Shown here piece after piece: positions 1 through 11,300 of a stretch of 64,000 nucleotides of DNA. The number at the start of each line of letters is the position of its first letter. Within the stretch, counting starts at the first letter, position 1. The stretch is from positions 1 through 64,000 of the forward strand of contig NIVC01002117.1 in assembly GCA_002269645.1 (NCBI GenBank). Direction: 5' to 3'. The notes beneath the pieces were generated by a model. That model saw only the letters and a program-made list of their open reading frames with translations. It did no database searches and was not told where the DNA came from. A program made the position numbers and the translations under genes. The DNA comes from Macrostomum lignano. Its lineage: Eukaryota.

Positions 1-240
1 GATGGACTATCTTCATTAGAGGATGGACTATCTCATTAGAGGATGGACTATCTTCATTAGAGGATGGACTATCATCTTCATTAGAGGATGGACTATCTTC
101 ATTATATGAATGGACCTATCTTCATTATATGATGGACTTCTTCATTAGAGGAATAGACTATCTTCATTAGAAGATAGACTATCTTCATTAGAGGATAGAC
201 TATTCATTAGAAGATAGACTATTTCATTAGAGGATGGGGT
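1..240. repeat. ~21-bp minisatellite (GATGGACTATCTTCATTAGAG)
   Basis: About 11 degenerate copies, upstream of the Kelch acceptor and presumably intronic. Confidence 0.9.
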
Positions 241-355
241 ATCTTCATTAAAAGATGTAGATTTTCAAAAAACTCAACCCCTTGGTTGAACAGAAAGGAG
301 AAATCAATCATAGGCTTTATCATCGCATTCCAAGTGTTGAAACCCCAACTCCCAG

Positions 356-2688
356 GTCCGCCTGCCGTTGCTAAGCGGCGAACACCTGGTTGAAAAAGTG
401 AGCTGCATCGGTTTCATGCGCGACGTGCCAGCCTGCTCGGACCGGCTGACGGAGGCCAAGGACTACCACCTGGTGGTGAACAAGCAGCCGGTCATGCAGA
501 CGCCGCGCACCCGGTCCGCAACCATCAGCGCAGTGTTTGTCATGTGTCACGCCGAAAATCTTGAAGCTTTAACTTGGCCACTAAGCGGCACGCGTTTTTA
601 AAAGACTGCGCCGTTCCTCTCTATAATCCGTGCATCTGCGAGTTGGCGAATTTTCTGTACGCCTGCGGCGGCCGCTACGACGCAACGAGGCCTCCGAAAT
701 GGCGTCCGCTCGCTGCTTTCGCTACGATCCCAGATTCGACGCCTGGCACGAGCTGGTGCCTATGAACGAGGCGCGAAAGGATTTCGCACTGGTGGCCACC
801 GGCAACTCCTGCCTGATGGCTATTGGCGGCCAGGACGAGAACATGGTGATGTGGCACCGTTGAGCGGCTCTGCATCGCTACTGGCGAATGGCGATTCTTG
901 CCGTCGCTGCGCAGCACGCCGTCTACTGCCATGCTGCCGCCGTCTGCGACTCCAGGTATAGTTTTCAACTAGCAATCAGCTTCAGCAGATGGGGAAGGAT
1001 TGGAAAGGGAAGATAGAAGGGGGAGGAAGAAAGATTAGGGGAAGGGGAGGAATGGGAGATAGGGGAGAGTGGAGGAAGGAAGATATGGAGGGGAGAAGGA
1101 TGGAGAGGGAAGGAAGGAAGGAAGATAGGAGAGAGGGAAGGAAGAAGATAGGAGAGGAAAGGAAGGAAGGAAGATAGGAGAGGGAAGGAAGGAAGGAAGA
1201 TAGGAGAGGAAGGAAGGAAGATAGGAGAGGGAAGGAAGGAAGAAGATAGGAGAGGGAAGGAAGGAAGGAAGATAGGAGAGGGAAGGAAGGAAGGAAGATA
1301 GGAGAGGGAAGGAGAAGGAAGATAGGAGAGGGAAGGAAGGAAGATAGGAGAGGGAAGGAAGGAAGGAAGATAGGAGAGGGAAGGAAGGAAGATAGGAGAG
1401 GGAAGGAAGGAAGGAAGATAGGAGAGGGAAGGAAGGAAGGAAGATAGGAGAGGGAAGGAAGGAAGATAGGAGAGGGAAGGAAGGAAGGAAGGAAGATAGG
1501 AGAGGGAAGGAAGGAAGGAAGGAAGATAGGAGAGGGAAGGAAGGAAGATATGGGAGGGGAGGAAGGATGGAGAGGGAAGGAAGGAAGATAGGAGAGGGAA
1601 GGAAGGAAGATAGGAGAGGGAAGGAAGGAAGGAAGATAGGAGAAGGAAGGAAGGAAGATATGGGAGGAGGAAGAAAGGAAGATAGGAGAGGGAAGGAAGG
1701 AAGGAAGATAGGAGAGGGAAGGAAGGAAGGAAGATAGGAGAAGGAAGGAAGGAAGATATGGGAGGGGAGGAAGAAAGGAAGATAGGAGAGGGAAGGAAGG
1801 AAGGAAGATAGGAGAGGGAAGGAAGGAAGGAAGATAGGAGAGGGAAGGAAGGAAGGAAGATAGGAGAGGGAAGGAAGAAAAGATAGGAGAGGGAAGGAAG
1901 GAAGATATGGGAGGGAAGGAAGGAAGGAAGATAGGAGACGGAAGGAAGGAAGGAAGATAGGAGAGGGAAGGAAGGAAGATATGGCAGGGGAGGAAGGATG
2001 GATGAGGGAAGGAAGGAAGATAGGAGAGGGGCGGACGCGGAAGGAAGATAGGAGAGGGAGGCAGGAGGGAAGGTAGGTAAGGAAATATTATAGTGGCTAA
2101 TAGTAAAGGAGGTGCAGCAGGTTTTACTTTATAAAAAATCGCTCTATCCTGAGAGCGAGGTAGAGGGCGTTATCACATCTCTTCAGTGTTGCATTTTCTA
2201 ACTGGTGAAGTAACTCTGCTTTACCAACTCGCTGCTAGGGTGTTCGTATCCGGCGGCCAGAGATACGACGGCTATTGCGACAGTCTGATCTGCTACGAGC
2301 CGGACTCCGAGCTGTGGGCCTCGCGAGCTGCCATGCTGAACAAGCGCGGCAATCACATAATGGAGTGCGTTGGCTCTCGTCTGTTTGTCCTTGGCGGCAA
2401 TGTTGAAGACATCTACGGCTTCCCTGTGCCTGTGACGCCTATCGAGTCTTACAATTCCATAGCCGATCAGTGGACTCTGCTCCGCTGCTCCATCACTATT
2501 CGGGAGGCTGGCAGCTGCGTGTTGGACAGCAGAATCTACATAGCTGGCGGCTGGATGGGGAGAACTATTACAGCCATTCTCTGCAGGTATACGACACCCA
2601 GAAGGACGAGGTGCAACTGGTTGAAAGGTTCCCTACTAGGATTTATGGTCGAGTGTGCTGCCTCATGACTCTGCCGCAGGGTTTGTGA
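356..2688 (+). CDS. BTB-BACK-Kelch (KLHL-like) protein, 3' part; exons 356-955 and 2239-2688; five apparent frameshifts (assembly error or pseudogene)
   Basis: Acceptor CCAG|GTC at 355/356. Joined frames give VRLPLLS..EAKDYHLVVNKQPVMQTPRTR (BACK end) and kelch repeats (FLYACGGRYD, CFRYDPRFDAWHELVPMNEARKDF, RVFVSGG, LFVLGGN, IYIAGG). Intron 956-2238 GT..AG is in phase (AG|G = Arg); stop TGA at 2686-2688. The 5' exons lie upstream of the window. Confidence 0.8.
985..2080. repeat. Purine-rich satellite (GGAA)n-GATAGGAGAG in the Kelch intron
   Basis: About 1.1 kb of almost pure A/G on the + strand. Confidence 0.95.
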
Positions 2689-3238
2689 CTTGAATCGGGA
2701 ACGGGGCATACAACAAGGTCTTTCTCGAGTTTTGTGCGTTGAAGAATAACTCGATTGTAGAAGCATTTTAAATGTGATTTTTAGGAGTTAGATCACACTG
2801 ACTCGACCCGTGGCTATGAATGGCAGAAAGAAGCGCTCGCCGAATGCATTGAGTTCATTTCGAACCAAGCTGACAAAAATAATATTTATTAACGTATTTT
2901 TAAACCGTTGTCTTTGACTCTGTGTTTGTACAGGAAATTGTATTATTTAATTGTGCATGCTTGTTTAAATCTTTTGCTTTGTTAATTTAACCCTTTGCTT
3001 TTCAGGCTCTGGCTTTCTGTGTCTTATAGTTTGTGAAATTGACTAGCTTTGACTTTATTAAGATTATTTTATCCTTAATAACAATCCCTTGCAAAATATG
3101 GATCCCACGAACCTACAGTTAGAGATAATTTTAAATAAGCATTTAGACTGTAAATCCAACTATTAATGTGATAAACAAAAAGTGCTAAAATTGTTTGTAT
3201 TAAAGCTTTCGTCTTTTAAGTTCGATGGCACCTCTCTA

Positions 3239-3740
3239 ATGTACACTGACCAGCCAGCATTAACTCCCCCGATGTACACTAACCAGCCAACACCAACTCC
3301 CCGATGTACACTGACCAGCCAACACCAACTCCCCCGATGTACACTGACTAGCCAACACCAACTCCCCCGATGTACACTGACCAGCCAACACCAACCCCCG
3401 ATGTACACTGACCAGCCAGCATTAACTCCCCCAATGTACACTGACCAGCCAACACCAACCCCCGATGTACACTGACCAGCCAGCATTAACTCCCCCAATG
3501 TACACTGAACAGCCAACACCTACTCCCCCGATGTACACTGACCAGCCAACACCAACTCCCCAATGTACACTGAACAGCCAACACCAACTCCCCCAATGTA
3601 CACTGACCAGCCAACACCAACTCCCCAATGTACACTGACCAGCCAGCACCAACTCCCCAATGTACACTGACCAACCAGCACCAACTCCCCCGATGTACAC
3701 TGACCAGCCAACACCAACCCCTCCAATGTACACTGACAGC
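3239..3740. repeat. ~31-bp minisatellite (ATGTACACTGACCAGCCAACACCAACTCCCC)
   Basis: About 16 tandem copies. Confidence 0.95.
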
Positions 3741-4487
3741 CCATCCCTACCTCTGTACCAAAATTATAACCCGTATAACATAGCTTTGCATTTCTTAGAC
3801 TTCACTAGCTTACTGACTAAAAGGTTATTTTCCTTGCACGCCTTTCAACTTAGATTTTGTCGTACTTTTATTTACCTAACAATTCGTTAAAACAGTGCTG
3901 CGCCTTTTCTGGGCTGCTGTTTACTATCCCTTAAACGCGCACGCCCCATCAGTCAGTTATTTATTTGTTTAGATTTTAATTTAATCCATAGAACTATAAA
4001 ATTGTTTTACCTTGTTTGTGAATAAGGATCCTGTGATATTACCTGAGCATGATATTCATGACTAGTTTTAATCTTGCATAGGAAATTATTATCTTGATAA
4101 TGCGCAGTCTTTGCTATAACAGCACTGAGCTGGCGCTTTAATAGGTTGCACTTTGTGTTTAATGCTAAATCCAATGCTTTATTTACGCTTTCAATATGCT
4201 GCATTGCTGAACTAACACCATTTATGTACTCCTGGCCGTTTAAATTTGCCTGCAGACCTGTTACATGTGACTAAGACAATATACCATATATACTTTGGTT
4301 TACTTGTGCTTCTACGAATAATGTGCGGATTTGAGTTCAATAGATTTGCCTATTTCACATTGATTTACTTTATTGAAGCACCTTCAATAGGCTAAATGTC
4401 TACTAAAAAGTAGTAACAAGGTACTAAAAAGGATTTTTTGTTTGTTTAGCATCATTGCAATGTACATTTATAACACTCCATAAGCCA

Positions 4488-5494
4488 GCACTCTTTAAAC
4501 CGAGATTAGCACTCTATAAACCGAGATTAGCACTCTATTAAACCGAGATTAGCACTCTTTTAACCGAGATTAGCACTTTTTAAACAGAGATTAGCACTCT
4601 ATAAACCGAGATTAGCACTCTTTATACCGAGATTAGCACTCTATTAAACCGAGATTAGCACTTTTTAAACAGAGATTAGCACTCTATAAACCGAGATTAG
4701 CACTCTTTATACCGAGATTAGCACTCTATTAAACCGAGATTAGCACTCTTTTAACCGAGATTAGCACTTTTTAAACAGAGATTAGCACTCTATAAACCGA
4801 GATTAGCACTCTATAAACCGAGATTAGCACTCTATAAACGAGATTAGCACTCTTTATACCGAGATTAGCACTCTTTAAACCAAGATTAGCACTCTTTAAA
4901 CCGAGATTAGCACTCTTTAAACCGAGATTAGCACTCTTTATACCGAGATTAGCACTCTATTAAACCGAGATTAGCACTCTTTTAACCGAGATTAGCACTT
5001 TTTAAACAGAGATTAGCACTCTATAAACCGAGATTAGCACTCTTTATACCGAGATTAGCACTCTATTAAACCGAGATTAGCACTCTTTTAACCGAGATTA
5101 GCACTTTTTAAACAGAGATTAGCACTCTATAAACCGAGATTAGCACTCTATAAACCGAGATTAGCACTCTATAAACCGAGATTAGCACTCTTTATACCGA
5201 GATTAGCACTCTTTAAACCAAGATTAGCACTCTATAAACCGAGATTAGCACTATAAACCGAGATTAGCACTCTATAAACCGAGATTAGCACTCTTTATAC
5301 CGAGATTAGCACTCTTTAAACCAAGATTAGCACTCTTTAAACCGAGATTAGCACTATAAACCGAGATTAGCACTCTTTAAACCAAGATTAGCACTCTTTA
5401 AACCGAGATTGGCACTATAAACCGAGATTAGCACTATAAACCGAGATTAGCACTCTATAAACCGAGATTAGCACTCTATAAACCGAGATTAGCA
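4488..5494. repeat. ~21-bp minisatellite (AAACCGAGATTAGCACTCTAT)
   Basis: About 47 copies with a variable A/T linker and recurring variant blocks. Confidence 0.95.
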
Positions 5495-6329
5495 GTCCAT
5501 GAGCCGTTAACGCTACGAGTGGATGGTACACAATGAGCCGCGTTCACTGTGTCATGTGGTAGGGAACAAGCTATGAAGATAAAGAATTGAAACCTATTTG
5601 ACAAGTTCCAATTGTATCTTTAACTCGCCAGCAGACACAGCAGAAGTTTTGACACGTGTGTTAATAAAAAACATTGCCTCAATTATATAGTTTTTATTTT
5701 AGATGAATACGAGCGCAAATACCTGGGCGGGAGTTGTTAAGAATACTATCAATAATTCAGCTGCAGTGTAGAACAGCATGCTTGGAGAAAATCTATAGAA
5801 ACAAAGGAAATTCTGAAATCGCTAGGAAAGAGAGAATCAACAGTGACAAAGGAATAAAGTTAAATACATTCGAGCGGCAGAACTGAATTTGGTAGAGAAA
5901 AGCCCTGTCAAACCAGACTCCTTAATACTCGTACAATCGCAAAATGTAAGTCGTAAAAACCGCCGAGCCAACGGCCGTCTGAGCGGTGCCTGCCATGGTC
6001 GGGGCGTGAAAAATGACAGAAAATTTACATCGCAAGAGTGTACAAAGAGTAAAATAGTTTTCATTTTTTAAGTGTGAAACGCAGTAAAAGTACAAAAAGC
6101 AGCAAAGGAATTCCGATTTGTAAGGATAGAAAAAGTAATAAGAAGGACGTAAAAGGAATTTGTTGTACTGAGGCAGCAGCAGTTGCCGTCAGAGTGTGGG
6201 CAAATGTTTTTGACAATGTTTTTACAGGCGCCATATTGGTTTTGTGTTTTGCTTTGTTACTGAGCAGTCACAACTTCCCTGCAAAACAGCAAGCAAATTT
6301 TCATTCGAATATCAGATCCACATTTCAAT

Positions 6330-7335
6330 CCCAGATCCCCATTTCACTCACTCTCGGATCTCCGATCCCCATTTCAATCTCAAATCCCCATCTGCATCCC
6401 AGATCCCCATCTGCATCTCAGATCCCCATTTCAATCTCAAATCCCCATCTGCATCCCAGATCCCCATCTGCATCTCAGATCCCCATTTCAATCTCAAATC
6501 CCCATCTGCATCCCAGATCCCCATCTGCATCTCAGATCCCCATTTCAATCTCAAATCCCCATCTGCATCCCAGATCCCCATCTGCATCTCAGATCCCCAT
6601 TTCAATCTCAAATCCCCATCTGCATCCCAGATCCCCATTTCAATCTCAAATCCCCATCTGCATCCCAGATCCCCATCTGCATCTCAGATCCCCATTTCAA
6701 TCTCAAATCCCCATCTGCATCTCAGATCCCCATTTCAATCTCAAATCCCCATCTGCATCCCAGATCCCCATCTGCATCTCAGATCCCCATTTCAATCTCA
6801 AATCCCCATCTGCATCCCAGATCCCCATCTGCATCTCAGATCCCCATCTGCATCTCAGATCCCCATTTCAATCTCAAATCCCCATCTGCATCTCAGATCC
6901 CCATTTCAATCTCAAATCCCCATCTGCATCTCAGATCCCCATTTCAATCTCAAATCCCCATCTGCATCCCAGATCCCCATCTGCATCTCAGATCCCATCT
7001 GCATCCCAGATCCCCATCTGCATCTCAGATCCCCATTTCAATCTCAAATCCCCATCTGCATCCCAGATCCCCATCTGCATCTCAGATCCCCATTTCAATC
7101 TCAAATCCCCATCTGCATCTCAGATCCCCATTTCAATCTCAAATCCCCATCTGCATCCCAGATCCCCATCTGCATCTCAGATCCCCATCTGCATCCCAGA
7201 TCCCCATCTGCATCTCAGATCCCCATTTCAATCTCAAATCCCCATCTGCATCCCAGATCCCCATCTGCATCTCAGATCCCCATTTCAATCTCAAATCCCC
7301 ATCTGCATCTCAGATCCCCACCCGCATCTCAGATA
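6330..7335. repeat. 19-bp-subunit minisatellite with 57-bp higher-order unit (CAGATCCCCATCTGCATCY / CAGATCCCCATTTCAATCT)
   Basis: Tandem array; source of the spurious 420-aa and 369-aa ORFs. Confidence 0.95.
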
Positions 7336-7729
7336 GGTACATGTAACCGCTGAAAATCGGCTGCTTATTCGATGTTTCTAAAGAAAGAGTGCATACTAAA
7401 AAGCAGTGAATATAATAAAATCATAGCACAAGTTAGGAAAGAGTCTGCATGCTTAAAACATGCCGCACTAGTGCGCGTGAGTAGAGAGTGTAGCACACGA
7501 GGAATATTTAAATCGTAGTTTCAGAGTTACTTCAAACATAAACGGACTTAAACGAGCAGGCAAAAAATGACTCATGTATTTTCTGCATTCGCTCAATTTT
7601 AGCAGAGCCTGGATAGGTCATCAAAGTGCCAGCGCGCTTTCGTTGCTTCGGTTCTCGATGGACTTTACGAGTAATTTAATCTGAAGAGTATATGTAGAGT
7701 TTCGCTGCATATAATGACTAAATTTTCCA

Positions 7730-8265
7730 CAGCAACCTTGGAATCCCCTTAGCAACGATTGAAACACCCTAGCAACGGTTGGAACCAAGGGGGCCGTAGC
7801 CCAGCGTTAGCGCAGCTGCTCTGGTGTGCCAGCGGCCCGGGCTCGATTCCAAGTGCAGTCACATTAATTTGGGGCTGAATTGGAATCTCGGCTTGGCTCT
7901 GCTCGTGCAATTAACGGCCTTGAGAGCCAACCCCCCCCCCCAAGGCGCAGTGAATATGTACATGCCTAACGATAAATAAAGTTAGGGCCGCTGTACACTC
8001 CTGTGTGAGTGTGTGTCTGCATACGTATCCGCGCGCTTGTATGCCTGCTCAGGGAAGTCGGCGGAATGGGCAGTAATGCCTCTCGCCGGTTGTGTGCCAA
8101 TGTCGCTTAAAGTGCGCCAGGGTGCAAACAACCCCCTGCCTCTAATAAAAAAACGGTTGGAACCAGATAGAAACGATTGAAGTTCCCTTAGCAACCGTTG
8201 GAAGTACCTAGCAACGAACGGAACACCCTAGCAACGATTGGAATTCCCTAGCAACGGTATTCCCT
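7730..8265. repeat. Degenerate ~21-bp repeat (CCCTAGCAACGRTTGGAA) interrupted by the SINE A insertion
   Basis: Units at 7730-7787 and 8152-8265. Confidence 0.7.
7788..8151 (+). mobile_element. tRNA-derived SINE family A, full-length copy with 14-bp target-site duplication
   Basis: A-box-like TAGCCCAGCG and B-box-like GGCTCGATTCC head, A-rich end AATAAAAA. AACGGTTGGAACCA is repeated at 7774-7787 and 8152-8165. Homologous to 10593-10889 and 27307-27616. Confidence 0.8.
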
Positions 8266-8320
8266 AAGAATGAAGAGTATCCTTTGCTTAAAAGATAAAT
8301 TGCTATCATTCAGCAGCACT

Positions 8321-11300
8321 CTATACTACTGAATTAAGTAGATCAAGCTCACCTCCGAGTCCAAACAACGCCCTGGTGTCGAATACGAGCGCCAAGTCCA
8401 GCAGCAGTTTCTGCAGCGGGGCGGACTCGGCCAGTTCCTGCTCAGGCAGCGGCGGGCGGCAGGCCGGGTAGAAGCTGGGCCCCCGGAACGCTCGATGAAG
8501 GCGCAGCGTGGTGGAGCAGAACAGGTAGCGAAGGAGCAGCAGGCGGAGGAAGTCGTCCCGGTAAAACTGCAGGTAGGCGACGTCTGAGAGGGGGGATTTC
8601 GGTTCGATCTGCATTTTTGAGGCCTTTGTGTTCTCTGAGATTGTGCGACCAACTGAGACAAGCAGTGACGACTCATCGACATCAGTTTCACTAAGATACT
8701 TTTTCGAGAAATTTAACCGGCCAATTTAGAAACTTTAATTGGAAAACTGCCCAAAAAACGGAGAATCGCCCCACTCAGACATCCCATCAGGAGAATCGCC
8801 CCACTCAGACATCCCATCAGGAGAATCGCCCCACTCAGAGATCCCATCAGGAGAATTTCCACACTCAGCGATCCCATCAGGAGAATTTCCACACTCAGCG
8901 ATCCCATCAGGAGAATTTCCACACTCAGAGATCCCATCAGGAGAATCGCCACACTCAGAGATCCCATCAAGAGAATCGCCAAACTCAGACATCCCATCAG
9001 GAGAATCGCCACACTCAGACATCCCATCAGGAGAATCGCCACACTCAGACATCCCATCAGGAGAATCGCCACACTCAGACATCCCATCAGGAGAATCGCC
9101 ACACTCAGACATCCCATCAGGAGAATCGCCACACTCAGACATCCCATCAGGAGTGCCTCACCGATCTGCCTGAAGCGAGCCAGCTGCCTGCCCGCCTCCA
9201 GCAGGAACTTGTCCAGGATGAGCTGGGCCCTGTCCCAGTCCATCACTACTGCGGTTGACACGTTGCAAACAGCGCAGAAGGCGGTTAGCGGGGAGTGCAG
9301 GAACAGAGTGAACAGGCTGCCTCTCTGGCGCTGGTCTGCAGGGCGAGGCCGGGGAGGGGTGGCGGATCAACAATAAGGCTTGTGTTTGCACTGAAAAACA
9401 GCTCAATAAAACTTCATCTATATATTATTTTTGAAAATTAAGGGCCACTCGTATATTCAAAAACATTTCCAAACCAGCTAAAATACTTAGATCGATACGT
9501 GTCTATTTAAATAGACCTCTATATAAGGAGACTGGTCCAGATAGACATCATGATAAGGAAACTGGTCCAGATAGACATCATGATAAGGAAACTGGTCCAG
9601 ATAGACATCATGATAAGGAAACTGGTCCAGATAGACATCATGATAAGGAAACTGGTCCAGATAGACATCATGATAAGGAAACTGGTCCAGATAGACCGAC
9701 ATCTAGATAGAGAAACTGGTCCAGATAGACCGACATCTAGATAAGGAAACTGGTCCAGATAGACATCATGATAAGGAAACTGGTCCAGATGGACATCTAG
9801 ATAAGGAAACTGGTCCAGATGGACATCATGATAAGGAAACTGGTCCAGATAGACCGACATCTAGATAGAGAAACTGGTCCAGATAGACCGACATCTAGAT
9901 AAGGAAACTGGTCCAGATAGACATCATGATAAGGAAACTGGTCCAGATGGACATCTAGATAAGGAAACTGGTCCAGATAGACATCTAGATAGAGAAACTG
10001 GTCCAGATAGACATGTAGATAGAGAAACTGGTCCAGATGGACATCTAGATAAGGAAACTGGTCCAGATGGACATCTAGATAAGGAAACTGGTCCAGATGG
10101 ACATCTAGATAAGGAAACTGGTCCAGATGGACATCTAGATAAGGAAACTGGTCCAGCTTCTTCTAAAAAGCAAGAATTCACCTGCAAAATTGGCGGGCGC
10201 CTCCTCTGGCGACATCAGGCAGACAAGCGGCTGGCCAAATAGATTAGGAAAATTCTGGAAAAAATGAAATATTAAATATGCATGAAATCATTGAATACGA
10301 ATAGTAGACAGTAGTAATTCAGGTCAAGTGTGAGTGCCTCACGTGGAAAGCGAAGCTGTTGTCGGAGTCAATCACTAGGAACAGCGGCTTCCTCGTGTAC
10401 GGATAGATGTCGCCTGGGTAGATGCTGCAATATAGGCCGGACACTGGGATGGTCAGTTGGCGATCGCTCAATGCCTCATCATTTCAAACCCGGAATCGAA
10501 ACCGGGTCTTTTTGGATTGCAATACGCTTATTTCAAGTATGCAGAGGTTGCTTCCCAGTTAGATTCATGATAATAATTTTACTGGTAGAAAGTTTGTAGC
10601 CCAGTGGTCCAGCGCGGTGCACTCATGCACAGCCAGCGGCCCAGGCTCGATTCCAAGTGCAGTCTCATTAATTTGAGGCTAAATCGGAATCTCGGCTTGG
10701 CTCTGCTCGTGCAATTAACGGCCTTGAGAGCCAACCCCCCAAGGCACAGTGAAGTGTACATGCCCTAACGATAAATAAAGTCAGGGCCGCTGTACACTCC
10801 TGTGTGAGTGTGTGCCTGTGCGTATGACTGCGTACGTATCCGCGCGCTTGTGTGCCTGCTCAGGGGAGTCGGCGGAATGGGCAGTAATGTCTAGGTCGCG
10901 CACTCGGGACCTAGACATTGAAGTACTCAAAACCAAGTATTGAGTAGTATTGTATTGAGTAGTATATATTTCTCGTGCATTAAATGACTCCAGCCAATAC
11001 GCGATCACGAGCCATTTAAGCATGCTTTTAGCGTTTAATGCACGCTTTTCGACATTGCAATCGTGTTACAATTTTTTATTACGCTCGTGTTGTAGTTAAA
11101 TAAAATCATAGCAGTATGCCTGCTCTTATCAACTGGAAAAATCTACCGGTGGAGTCGCTGTAATTATGGCTGTTTTGAATTTTCTTTGTGTCAGGGTAAT
11201 AATAATAATAATACTTTACACCTGCCCTGATGGCCAGATGTGCAACCAACAGCTCAACCGCAGCTATTGCGCGGCGCATCTGAAGGCGTACGGCTGTTCA

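Noticed and set aside
6074-7353. 420-aa and 369-aa ORFs
   Set aside because: Translations of the 19/57-bp array, open in several frames, with no domain or splice support.
9151-10342. Two SCAI introns begin with the identical 11-mer GTGAGGCACTC
   Set aside because: Five bases are donor consensus; six extra matches among ~22 introns is plausible by chance.
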